64,000 nucleotides of DNA from Eledone cirrhosa (lineage: Eukaryota). The notes under the pieces were generated by a model that did no database searches, was not told the DNA's origin, and saw only the letters and a list, made by a program, of their open reading frames with translations. The stretch covers positions 31,248,001 through 31,312,000 of the forward strand of contig OZ024750.1 of the NCBI GenBank assembly GCA_964016885.1, written 5' to 3'. A program made the position numbers and the translations under genes. Shown one piece after another: positions 1 to 15,000 of the stretch (positions within the stretch are counted from its first letter, which is position 1; each line of letters starts with the position of its first letter).

Positions 1-3000
1 ACCTCTCTCAGAAGAGATAGACCTAGTGTACACTAATATAACATGTAGAAACCTCTCTCAGAAGAGATAGACCTAGTGTACACTAACATAAGATGTACAG
101 ACCTCTCTCAGAAGAGATAGACCTAGTGTACACTAACATAACATGTAAAAACCTCTCTCAGAAGAGATAGACCTAGTGTACACTAACATAACATGTACAG
201 ACCTCTCTCAGAAGAGATATACCTAGTGTACACTAACATAACATGTAGAAACCTCTCTCAGAAGAGATATACCTAGTGTACACTAACATAACATGTAGAA
301 ATCTCTCTCAGAAGAGATAGACCTAGTGTACACTAACATAACATGTAGAAACCTCTCTCAGAAGAGATAGACCTAGTGTACAGTAACATAACATGTACAG
401 ACCTCTCCCAGAAGAGATAGACCTAGTGTACACTAACATAACATGTAGAAACCTCTCTCAGAAGAGATAGACCTAGTGTACACTAACATAACATGTAGAA
501 ACCTCTCTTAGAAGGGATAAACCTAGTGTACACTAACATAACATGTACAGACCTCTCTCAGAAGAGATAGACCTAGTGTACACTAACATAACATGTAGAA
601 ACCTCTCTCAGAAGAGATAAACCTAGTGTACACTAACATAACATGTACAGACCTCTCTCAGAAGAGATAGACCTAGTGTACACTAACATAACATGTACAG
701 ACCTCTCTCAGAAGAGATAGACCTTGTGTACACTAACATAACATGTAGAAACCTCTCTCAGAAGAGATAGACCTAGTGTACAGTAACATAACATGTACAG
801 ACCTCTCCCAGAAGAGATAGACCTAGTATACACTAACATAATATGTAGAAACCTCTCTCAGAAGAGATAGACCTAGTGTACACTAACATAACATGTAGAA
901 ACCTCTCCCAGAAGGGATAACCTAGTGTACACTAACATAACATGTAGAAACCTCTCTCAGAAGAGATAAACCTAGTGTACACTAACATAACATGTACAGA
1001 CCTCTCTCAGAAGAGATAGACCTAGTGTACAGTAACATAACATGTACAGACCTCTCTCAGAAGAGATAGACCTAGTGTACACTAACATAACATGTACAGA
1101 CCTCTCTCAGAAGAGATAGACCTAGTGTACACTAACATAACATGTAGAAACCTCTCCCAGAAGAGATAGACCTAGTGTACACTAACATAAGATGTACAGA
1201 CCTCTCTCAGGAGAGATAGACCTAGTGTACACTAACATAACATGTAGAAACCTCTCTCAGAAGAGATAGACCTAGTGTACACTAATATAACATGTAGAAA
1301 CCTCTCTCAGAAGAGATAGACCTAGTGTACACTAACATAAGATGTACAGACCTCTCTCAGAAGAGATAGACCTAGTGTACACTAACATAACATGTAAAAA
1401 CCTCTCTCAGAAGAGATAGACCTAGTGTACACTAATATAACATGTACAGACCTCTCTCAGAAGAGATATACCTAGTGTACACTAACATAACATGTAGAAA
1501 CCTCTCTCAGAAGAGATATACCTAGTGTACACTAACATAACATGTAGAAACCTCTCTCAGAAGAGATAGACCTTGTGTACACTAACATAACATGTAGAAA
1601 CCTCTCTCAGAAGAGATAGACCTAGTGTACAGTAACATAACATGTACAGACCTCTCCCAGAAGAGATAGACCTAGTGTACACTAACATAACATGTAGAAA
1701 CCTCTCTCAGAAGAGATAGACCTAGTGTACACTAACATAACATGTAGAAACCTCTCTTAGAAGAGATAAACCTAGTGTACACTAACATAACATGTACAGA
1801 CCTCTCTCAGAAGAGATAGAGCTAGTGTACACTAACATAACATGTAGAAACCTCTCTCAGAAGAGATAAACCTAGTGTACACTAACATAACATGTACAGA
1901 CCTCTCTCAGAAGAGATAGACCTAGTGTACACTAACATAACATGTACAGACCTCTCTCAGAAGAGATAGACCTTGTGTACACTAACATAACATGTACAGA
2001 CCTCTCCCAGAAGAGATAGACCTAGTGTACACTAACATAACATGTACAGACCTCTCTCAGAAGAGATAGACCTAGTGTATACTATCATAACATGTAGAAA
2101 CCTCTCTCAGAAGAGATAGACCTAGTGTACAGTAACATAACATGTACAGACCTCTCCCAGAAGAGATAGACCTAGTGTACACTAACATAACATGTAGAAA
2201 CCTCTCTCAGAAGAGATAGACCTAGTGTACACTAACATAACATGTAGAAACCTCTCTTAGAAGAGATAAACCTAGTGTACACTAACATAACATGTACAGA
2301 CCTCTCTCAGAAGAGATAGACCTAGTGTACACTAACATAACATGTAGAAACCTCTCTCAGAAGAGATAAACCTAGTGTACACTAACATAACATGTACAGA
2401 CCTCTCTCAGAAGAGATAGACCTAGTGTACACTAACATAACATGTACAGACCTCTCTCAGAAGAGATAGACCTAGTGTACACTAACATAACATGTACAGA
2501 CCTCTCCCAGAAGAGATAGACCTAGTGTACACTAACAAAACATGTACAGACCTCTCTCAGAAGAGATAGACCTAGTGTACACTAACATAACATGTACAGA
2601 CCTCTCTCAGAAGAGATAGACCTAGTGTACACTAACATAACATGTACAGACCTCTCTCAGAAGAGATAGACCTAGTGTACACTAACATAACATGTAGAAA
2701 CCTCTCTCAGAAGAGATAGACCTAGTGTACACTAAAATAACATGTACAGACCTCTCTCAGAAGAGATAGAACTAGTGTACACTAACATAACATGTAGAAA
2801 CCTCTCCCAGAAGAGATAGACCTAGCGTACACTAACATAACATGTACAGACCTCTCTCAGAAGAGATAGACCTAGTGTACACTAACATAACATGTACCGA
2901 TCTCTCTCAGAAGAGATAGACCTAGTGTACACTAACATAACATGTAGAAACCTCTCCCAGAAGAGATAGACCTAGTGTACACTAACATAACATGTACAGA

Positions 3001-6000
3001 CCTCTCTCAGAAGAGATAGACCTAGTGTACACTAACATAACATGTACAGACCTCTCTCAGAAGAGATAGACCTAGTGTACACTAACATAACATGTAGAAA
3101 CCTCTCTCAGAAGAGATAAACCTAGTGTACACTAACATAACATGTACAGACCTCTCTCAGAAGCGATAGACCTAGTGTACACTAACATAACATGTACAGA
3201 CATCTCTCAGAAGAGATAGACCTAGTGTACACTAACATAACATGTACAGACCTCTCCCAGAAGAGATAGACCTAGTGTACACTAACATAACATGTACAGA
3301 CCTCTCTCAGAAGAGATAGACCTGGTGTACAGTAACATAACATGTACAGACCTCTCTCAGAAGAGATAGACCTAGTGTACACTAACATAACATGTACAGA
3401 CCTCTCTCAGAAGAGATAGACCTAGTGTACACTAACATAACATGTAGAAACCTCTCTCAGAAGAGATAGACCTAGTGTACACTAAAATAACATGTACAGA
3501 CCTCTCTCAGAAGAGATAGACCTAGTGTACACTAACATAACATGTAGAAACCTCTCTCAGAAGAGATAGACCTAGTGTACACTAAAATAACATGTACAGA
3601 CCTCTCTCAGAAGAGATAGACCTAGTGTACACTAACATAACATGTAGAAACCTCTCCCAGAAGAGATAGACCTAGTGTACACTAACATAACATGTACAGA
3701 CCTCTCTCAGAAGAGATAGACCTAGTGTACACTAACATAACATGTACCGACCTCTCTCAGAAGAGATAGACCTAGTGTACACTAACATAACATGTAGAAA
3801 CCTCTCCCAGAAGAGATAGACCTAGTGTACACTAACATAACATGTACAGACCTCTCTCAGAAGAGATAGACCTAGTGTACACTAACATAACATGTACAGA
3901 CCTCTCTCAGAAAAGATAGACCTAGTGTACACTAACATAACATGTAGAAACCTCTCTCAGAAGAGATAGACCTAGTGTACACTAACATAACATGTAGAAA
4001 CCTCTCTCAGAAGAGATAGACCTAGTGTACACTAACATAACATGTAGAAACCTCTCTCAGAAGAGATAGACCTAGTGTACACTAACATAACATGTAGAAA
4101 CCTCTCTCAGAAGAGATAGACCTAGTGTACACTAACATAACATGTAGAAACCTCTCTCAGAAGAGATAGACCTAGTGTACACTAACATAACATGTAGAAA
4201 CCTCTCTCAGAAGAGATAGACCTATTGTCCACTAACATAACATGTAGAAACCTCTCCCAGAAGAGATAGACCTAGTGTACACTAACATAACATGTAGAAA
4301 CCTCTCTCAGAAGAGATAGACCTAGTGTACACTAACATAACATGTACAGACCTCTCTCAGAAGAGATAAACCTAGTGTACACTAACATAACATGTACAGA
4401 CCTCTCCCAGAAGAGATAGACCTAGTGTACACTAACATAAGATGTACAGAACTGTCTCAGAAGAGATAGACCTAGTGTACACTAACATAACATGTAGAAA
4501 CCTCTCTCAGAAGAGATAGACCTAGTGTACACTAACATAACATGTACAGACCTCTCTCAGAAGAGATAGACCTAGTGTACACTAACATAACATGTACAGA
4601 CCTCTCTCAGAAGAGATAGACCTAGTGTACAGTAACATAACATGTACAGACCTCTCTCAGAAGAGATAGACCTAGTGTACACTAACATAACATGTACAGA
4701 CCTCTCTCAGAAGAGATAGACCTAGTGTACACTAACATAACATGTAGAACCTCTCTCAGAAGAGATAGACCTAGTGTACACTAACATAACATGTACAGAC
4801 CTCTCTCAGAAGAGATAGACCTAGTGTACAGTAACATAACATGTACAGACCTCTCCCAGAAGAGATAGACCTAGTGTACACTAACATAACATGTAGAAAC
4901 CTCTCTCAGAAGAGATAGACCTAGTGTACACTAACATAACATGTAGAAACCTGTCTCAGAAGAGATAAACCTAGTGTACACTAACATAACATGTACAGAC
5001 CTCTCTCAGAAGAGATAGACCTAGTGTACACTAACATAACATGTAGAAACCTTTCTCAGAAGAGATAAACCTAGTGTACACTAACATAACATGTACAGAC
5101 CTCTCTCAGAAGCGATAGACCTAGTGTACACTAACATAACATGTACAGACCTCTCTCAGAAGAGATAGACCTAGTGTACACTAACATAACATGTACAGAC
5201 CTCTCTCAGAAGAGATAGACCTAGTGTACACTAACATAACATGTAGAAACCTCTCTTAGAAGAGATAAACCTAGTGTACACTAACATAACATGTACAGAC
5301 CTCTCTCAGAAGAGATAGACCTAGTGTACACTAACATAACATGTAGAAACCTCTCTCAGAAGAGATAAACCTAGTGTACACTAACATAACATGTACAGAC
5401 CTCTCTCAGAAGAGATAGACCTAGTGTACACTAACATAACATGTACAGACCTCTCTCACAAGAGATAGACCTTGTGTACACTAACATAACATGTACAGAC
5501 CTCTCCCAGAAGAGATAGACCTAGTGTACACTAACATAACATGTACAGACCTCTCTCAGAAGAGATAGACCTAGTGTACACTATCATAACATGTAGAAAC
5601 CTCTCTCAGAAGAGATAGACCTAGTGTACAGTAACATAACATGTACAGACCTCTCCCAGAAGAGATAGACCTAGTGTACACTAACATAACATGTAGAAAC
5701 CTCTCTCAGAAGAGATAGACCTAGTGTACACTAACATAACATGTAGAAACCTCTCTTAGAAGAGATAAACCTAGTGTACACTAACATAACATGTACAGAC
5801 CTCTCTCAGAAGAGATAGACCTAGTGTACAGTAACATAACATGTACAGACCTCTCTCAGAAGAGATAGACCTAGTGTACACTAACATAACATGTACAGAC
5901 CTCTCTCAGAAGAGATAGACCTAGTGTACACTAATATAACATGTAGAAACCTCTCCCAGAAGAGATAGACCTAGTGTACACTAACATAAGATGTACAGAC

Positions 6001-9000
6001 CTCTCTCAGGAGAGATAGACCTAGTGTACACTAACATAACATGTAGAAACCTCTCTCAGAAGAGATAGACCTAGTGTACACTAATATAACATGTAGAAAC
6101 CTCTCTCAGAAGAGATAGACCTAGTGTACACTAACATAAGATGTACAGACCTCTCTCAGAAGAGATAGACCTAGTGTACACTAACATAACATGTAAAAAC
6201 CTCTCTCAGAAGAGATAGACCTAGTGTACACTAATATAACATGTACAGACCTCTCTCAGAAGAGATATACCTAGTGTACACTAACATAACATGTAGAAAC
6301 CTCTCTCAGAAGAGATATACCTAGTGTACACTAACATAACATGTAGAAACCTCTCTCAGAAGAGATAGACCTTGTGTACACTAACATAACATGTAGAAAC
6401 CTCTCTCAGAAGAGATAGACCTAGTGTACAGTAACATAACATGTACAGACCTCTCCCAGAAGAGATAGACCTAGTGTACACTAACATAACATGTAGAAAC
6501 CTCTCTCAGAAGAGATAGACCTAGTGTACACTAACATAACATGTAGAAACCTCTCTTAGAAGAGATAAACCTAGTGTACACTAACATAACATGTACAGAC
6601 CTCTCTCAGAAGAGATAGAGCTAGTGTACACTAACATAACATGTAGAAACCTCTCTCAGAAGAGATAAACCTAGTGTACACTAACATAACATGTACAGAC
6701 CTCTCTCAGAAGAGATAGACCTAGTGTACACTAACATAACATGTACAGACCTCTCTCAGAAGAGATAGACCTAGTGTACACTAACATAACATGTACAGAC
6801 CTCTCTCAGAAGAGATAGACCTAGTGTATACTATCATAACATGTAGAAACCTCTCTCAGAAGAGATAGACCTAGTGTACAGTAACATAACATGTACAGAC
6901 CTCTCCCAGAAGAGATAGACCTAGTGTACACTAACATAACATGTAGAAACCTCTCTCAGAAGAGATAGACCTAGTGTACACTAACATAACATGTAGAAAC
7001 CTCTCTTAGAAGAGATAAACCTAGTGTACACTAACATAACATGTACAGACCTCTCTCAGAAGAGATAGACCTAGTGTACACTAACATAACATGTAGAAAC
7101 CTCTCTCAGAAGAGATAAACCTAGTGTACACTAACATAACATGTACAGACCTCTCTCAGAAGAGATAGACCTAGTGTACACTAACATAACATGTACAGAC
7201 CTCTCTCAGAAGAGATAGACCTAGTGTACACTAACATAACATGTACAGACCTCTCCCAGAAGAGATAGACCTAGTGTACACTAACAAAACATGTACAGAC
7301 CTCTCTCAGAAGAGATAGACCTAGTGTACACTAACATAACATGTACAGACCTCTCTCAGAAGAGATAGACCTAGTGTACACTAACATAACATGTACAGAC
7401 CTCTCTCAGAAGAGATAGACCTAGTGTACACTAACATAACATGTAGAAACCTCTCTCAGAAGAGATAGACCTAGTGTACACTAAAATAACATGTACAGAC
7501 CTCTCTCAGAAGAGATAGAACTAGTGTACACTAACATAACATGTAGAAACCTCTCCCAGAAGAGATAGACCTAGCGTACACTAACATAACATGTACAGAC
7601 CTCTCTCAGAAGAGATAGACCTAGTGTACACTAACATAACATGTACCGATCTCTCTCAGAAGAGATAGACCTAGTGTACACTAACATAACATGTAGAAAC
7701 CTCTCCCAGAAGAGATAGACCTAGTGTACACTAACATAACATGTACAGACCTCTCTCAGAAGAGATAGACCTAGTGTACACTAACATAACATGTACAGAC
7801 CTCTCTCAGAAGAGATAGACCTAGTGTACACTAACATAACATGTAGAAACCTCTCCCAGAAGAGATAGACCTAGTGTACACTAACATAACATGTACAGAC
7901 CTCTCTCAGAAGAGATAGACCTAGTGTACACTAACATAACATGTACCGACCTCTCTCAGAAGAGATAGACCTAGTGTACACTAACATAACATGTAGAAAC
8001 CTCTCCCAGAAGAGATAGACCTAGTGTACACTAACATAACATGTACAGACCTCTCTCAGAAGAGATAGACCTAGTGTACACTAACATAACATGTACAGAC
8101 CTCTCTCAGAAAAGATAGACCTAGTGTACACTAACATAACATGTAGAAACCTCTCTCAGAAGAGATAGACCTAGTGTACACTAACATAACATGTAGAAAC
8201 CTCTCTCAGAAGAGATAGACCTAGTGTACACTAACATAACATGTAGAAACCTCTCTCAGAAGAGATAGACCTAGTGTACACTAACATAACATGTAGAAAC
8301 CTCTCTCAGAAGAGATAGACCTATTGTCCACTAACATAACATGTAGAAACCTCTCCCAGAAGAGATAGACCTAGTGTACACTAACATAACATGTAGAAAC
8401 CTCTCTCAGAAGAGATAGACCTAGTGTACACTAACATAACATGTACAGACCTCTCTCAGAAGAGATAAACCTAGTGTACACTAACATAACATGTACAGAC
8501 CTCTCCCAGAAGAGATAGACCTAGTGTACACTAACATAAGATGTACAGAACTCTCTCAGAAGAGATAGACCTAGTGTACACTAACATAACATGTAGAAAC
8601 CTCTCTCAGAAGAGATAGACCTAGTGTACACTAACATAACATGTGCAGACCTCTCTCAGAAGAGATAGACCTAGTGTACACTAACATAACATGTACAGAC
8701 CTCTCTCAGAAGAGATAGACCTAGTGTACAGTAACATAACATGTACAGACCTCTCTCAGAAGAGATAGACCTAGTGTACACTAACATAACATGTACAGAC
8801 CTCTCTCAGAAGAGATAGACCTAGTGTACACTAACATAACATGTAGAACCTCTCTCAGAAGAGATAGACCTAGTGTACACTAACATAACATGTACAGACC
8901 TCTCTCAGAAGAGATAGACCTAGTGTACAGTAACATAACATGTACAGACCTCTCCCAGAAGAGATAGACCTAGTGTACACTAACATAACATGTAGAAACC

Positions 9001-12000
9001 TCTCTCAGAAGAGATAGACCTAGTGTACACTAACATAACATGTAGAAACCTGTCTCAGAAGAGATAAACCTAGTGTACACTAACATAACATGTACAGACC
9101 TCTCTCAGAAGAGATAGACCTAGTGTACACTAACATAACATGTAGAAACCTTTCTCAGAAGAGATAAACCTAGTGTACACTAACATAACATGTACAGACC
9201 TCTCTCAGAAGCGATAGACCTAGTGAACACTAACATAACATGTACAGACCTCTCTCAGAAGAGATAGACCTAGTGTACACTAACATAACATGTACAGACC
9301 TCTCTCAGAAGAGATAGACCTAGTGTACACTAACATAACATGTAGAAACCTCTCTTAGAAGAGATAAACCTAGTGTACACTAACATAACATGTACAGACC
9401 TCTCTCAGAAGAGATAGACCTAGTGTACACTAACATAACATGTAGAAACCTCTCTCAGAAGAGATAAACCTAGTGTACACTAACATAACATGTACAGACC
9501 TCTCTCAGAAGAGATAGACCTAGTGTACACTAACATAACATGTACAGACCTCTCTCAGAAGAGATAGACCTTGTGTACACTAACATAACATGTACAGACC
9601 TCTCCCAGAAGAGATAGACCTAGTGTACACTAACATAACATGTACAGACCTCTCTCAGAAGAGATAGACCTAGTGTACACTATCATAACATGTAGAAACC
9701 TCTCTCAGAAGAGATAGACCTAGTGTACAGTAACATAACATGTACAGACCTCTCCCAGAAGAGATAGACCTAGTGTACACTAACATAACATGTAGAAACC
9801 TCTCTCAGAAGAGATAGACCTAGTGTACACTAACATAACATGTAGAAACCTCTCTTAGAAGAGATAAACCTAGTGTACACTAACATAACATGTACAGACC
9901 TCTCTCAGAAGAGATAGACCTAGTGTACACTAACATAACATGTAGAAACCTCTCTCAGAAGAGATAAACCTAGTGTACACTAACATAACATGTACAGACC
10001 TCTCTCAGAAGAGATAGACCTAGTGTACACTAACATAACATGTACAGACCTCTCTCAGAAGAGATAGACCTTGTGTACACTAACATAACATGTAGAAACC
10101 TCTCTCAGAAGAGATAGACCTAGTGTACAGTAACATAACATGTACAGACCTCTCCCAGAAGAGATAGACCTAGTATACACTAACATAATATGTAGAAACC
10201 TCTCTCAGAAGAGATAGACCTAGTGTACACTAACATAACATGTAGAAACCTCTCTCAGAAGAGATAAACCTAGTGTACACTAACATAACATGTACAGACC
10301 TCTCTCAGAAGAGATAGACCTAGTGTACACTAACATAACATGTACAGACCTCTCTCAGAAGAGATAGACCTTGTGTACACTAACATAACATGTACAGACC
10401 TCTCTCAGAAGAGATAGACCTAGTGTACACTAACATAACATGTACAGACCTCTCTCAGAAGAGATAGACCTAGTGTACACTAACATAACATGTAGAAACC
10501 TCTCCCAGAAGAGATAGACCTAGTGTACACTAACATAAGATGTACAGACCTCTCTCAGGAGAGATAGACCTAGTGTACACTAACATAACATGTAGAAACC
10601 TCTCTCAGAAGAGATAGACCTAGTGTACACTAATATAACATGTAGAAACCTCTCTCAGAAGAGATAGACCTAGTGTACACTAACATAAGATGTACAGACC
10701 TCTCTCAGAAGAGATAGACCTAGTGTACACTAACATAACATGTAAAAACCTCTCTCAGAAGAGATAGACCTAGTGTACACTAATATAACATGTACAGACC
10801 TCTCTCAGAAGAGATATACCTAGTGTACACTAACATAACATGTAGAAACCTCTCTCAGAAGAGATATACCTAGTGTACACTAACATAACATGTAGAAACC
10901 TCTCTCAGAAGAGATAGACCTAGTGTACACTAACATAACATGTAGAAACCTCTCTCAGAAGAGATAGACCTAGTGTACAGTAACATAACATGTACAGACC
11001 TCTCCCAGAAGAGATAGACCTAGTGTACACTAACATAACATGTAGAAACCTCTCTCAGAAGAGATAGACCTAGTGTACACTAACATAACATGTAGAAACC
11101 TCTCTTAGAAGAGATAAACCTAGTGTACACTAACATAACATGTACAGACCTCTCTCAGAAGAGATAGAGCTAGTGTACACTAACATAACATGTAGAAACC
11201 TCTCTCAGAAGAGATAAACCTAGTGTACACTAACATAACATGTACAGACCTCTCTCAGAAGAGATAGACCTAGTGTACACTAACATAACATGTACAGACC
11301 TCTCTCAGAAGAGATAGACCTTGTGTACACTAACATAACATGTACAGACCTCTCCCAGAAGAGATAGACCTAGTGTACACTAACATAACATGTACAGACC
11401 TCTCTCAGAAGAGATAGACCTAGTGTACACTATCATAACATGTAGAAACCTCTCTCAGAAGAGATAGACCTAGTGTACAGTAACATAACATGTACAGACC
11501 TCTCCCAGAAGAGATAGACCTAGTGTACACTAACATAACATGTAGAAACCTCTCTCAGAAGAGATAGACCTAGTGTACACTAACATAACATGTAGAAACC
11601 TCTCTTAGAACAGATAAACCTAGTGTACACTAACATAACATGTACAGACCTCTCTCAGAAGAGATAGACCTAGTGTACACTAACATAACATGTAGAAACC
11701 TCTCTCAGAAGAGATAAACCTAGTGTACACTAACATAACATGTACAGACCTCTCTCAGAAGAGATAGACCTAGTGTACACTAACATAACATGTACAGACC
11801 TCTCTCAGAAGAGATAGACCTAGTGTACACTAACATAACATGTACAGACCTCTCCCAGAAGAGATAGACCTAGTGTACACTAACAAAACATGTACAGACC
11901 TCTCTCAGAAGAGATAGACCTAGTGTACACTAACATAACATGTACAGACCTCTCTCAGAAGAGATAGACCTAGTGTACACTAACATAACATGTACAGACC

Positions 12001-15000
12001 TCTCTCAGAAGAGATAGACCTAGTGTACACTAACATAACATGTAGAAACCTCTCTCAGAAGAGATAGACCTAGTGTACACTAAAATAACATGTACAGACC
12101 TCTCTCAGAAGAGATAGAACTAGTGTACACTAACATAACATGTAGAAACCTCTCCCAGAAGAGATAGACCTAGCGTACACTAACATAACATGTACAGACC
12201 TCTCTCAGAAGAGATAGACCTAGTGTACACTAACATAACATGTACCGATCTCTCTCAGAAGAGATAGACCTAGTGTACACTAACATAACATGTAGAAACC
12301 TCTCCCAGAAGAGATAGACCTAGTGTACACTAACATAACATGTACAGACCTCTCTCAGAAGAGATAGACCTAGTGTACACTAACATAACATGTACAGACC
12401 TCTCTCAGAAGAGATAGACCTAGTGTACACTAACACAACATGTAGAAACCTCTCTCAGAAGAGATAAACCTAGTGTACACTAACATAACATGTACAGACC
12501 TCTCTCAGAAGCGATAGACCTAGTGTACACTAACATAACATGTACAGACCTCTCTCAGAAGAGATAGACCTAGTGTACACTAACATAACATGTACAGACC
12601 TCTCCCAGAAGAGATAGACCTAGTGTACACTAACATAACATGTACAGACCTCTCTCAGAAGAGATAGACCTGGTGTACAGTAACATAACATGTACAGACC
12701 TCTCTCAGAAGAGATAGACCTAGTGTACACTAACATAACATGTACAGACCTCTCTCAGAAGAGATAGACCTAGTGTACACTAACATAACATGTAGAAACC
12801 TCTCTCAGAAGAGATAGACCTAGTGTACACTAAAATAACATGTACAGACCTCTCTCAGAAGAGATAGACCTAGTGTACACTAACATAACATGTAGAAACC
12901 TCTCTCAGAAGAGATAGACCTAGTGTACACTAAAATAACATGTACAGACCTCTCTCAGAAGAGATAGACCTAGTGTACACTAACATAACATGTAGAAACC
13001 TCTCCCAGAAGAGATAGACCTAGTGTACACTAACATAACATGTACAGACCTCTCTCAGAAGAGATAGACCTAGTGTACACTAACATAACATGTACCGACC
13101 TCTCTCAGAAGAGATAGACCTAGTGTACACTAACATAACATGTAGAACCCTCTCCCAGAAGAGATAGACCTAGTGTACACTAACATAACATGTACAGACC
13201 TCTCTCAGAAGAGATAGACCTAGTGTACACTAACATAACATGTACAGACCTCTCTCAGAAAAGATAGACCTAGTGTACACTAACATAACATGTAGAAACC
13301 TCTCTCAGAAGAGATAGACGTAGTGTACACTAACATAACATGTAGAAACCTCTCTCAGAAGAGATAGACCTAGTGTACACTAACATAACATGTAGAAACC
13401 TCTCTCAGAAGAGATAGACCTAGTGTACACTAACATAACATGTAGAAACCTCTCTCAGAAGAGATAGACCTAGTGTACACTAACATAACATGTAGAAACC
13501 TCTCTCAGAAGAGATAGACCTAGTGTACACTAACATAACATGTAGAAACCTCTCTCAGAAGAGATAGACCTATTGTCCACTAACATAACATGTAGAAACC
13601 TCTCCCAGAAGAGATAGACCTAGTGTACACTAACATAACATGTAGAAACCTCTCTCAGAAGAGATAGACCTAGTGTACACTAACATAACATGTACAGACC
13701 TCTCTCAGAAGAGATAAACCTAGTGTACACTAACATAACATGTACAGACCTCTCCCAGAAGAGATAGACCTAGTGTACACTAACATAAGATGTACAGAAC
13801 TCTCTCAGAAGAGATAGACCTAGTGTACACTAACATAACATGTAGAAACCTCTCTCAGAAGAGATAGACCTAGTGTACACTAACATAACATGTACAGACC
13901 TCTCTCAGAAGAGATAGACCTAGTGTACACTAACATAACATGTACAGACCTCTCTCAGAAGAGATAGACCTAGTGTACAGTAACATAACATGTACAGACC
14001 TCTCTCAGAAGAGATAGACCTAGTGTACACTAACATAACATGTACAGACCTCTCTCAGAAGAGATAGACCTAGTGTACACTAACATAACATGTAGAACCT
14101 CTCTCAGAAGAGATAGACCTAGTGTACACTAACATAACATGTACAGACCTCTATAAGAAGAGATAGACCTAGTGTACAGTAACATAACATGTACAGACCT
14201 CTCCCAGAAGAGATAGACCTAGTGTACACTAACATAACATGTAGAAACCTCTCTCAGAAGAGATAGACCTAGTGTACACTAACATAACATGTAGAAACCT
14301 GTCTCAGAAAAGATAAACCTAGTGTACACTAACATAACATGTACAGACCTCTCTCAGAAGAGATAGACCTAGTGTACACTAACATAACATGTAGAAACCT
14401 TTCTCAGAAGAGATAAACCTAGTGTACACTAACATAACATGTACAGACCTCTCTCAGAAGCGATAGACCTAGTGTACACTAACATAACATGTACAGACCT
14501 CTCTCAGAAGAGATAGACCTAGTGTACACTAACATAACATGTACAGACCTCTCTCAGAAGAGATAGACCTAGTGTACACTAACATAACATGTAGAAACCT
14601 CTCTTAGAAGAGATAAACCTAGTGTACACTAACATAACATGTACAGACCTCTCTCAGAAGAGATAGACCTAGTGTACACTAACATAACATGTAGAAACCT
14701 CTCTCAGAAGAGATAAACCTAGTGTACACTAACATAACATGTACAGACCTCTCTCAGAAGAGATAGACCTAGTGTACACTAACATAACATGTACAGACCT
14801 CTCCCAGAAGAGATAGACCTTGTGTACACTAACATAACATGTACAGACCTCTCCCAGAAGAGATAGACCTAGTGTACACTAACATAACATGTACAGACCT
14901 CTCTCAGAAGAGATAGACCTAGTGTACACTATCATAACATGTAGAAACCTCTCTCAGAAGAGATAGACCTAGTGTACAGTAACATAACATGTACAGACCT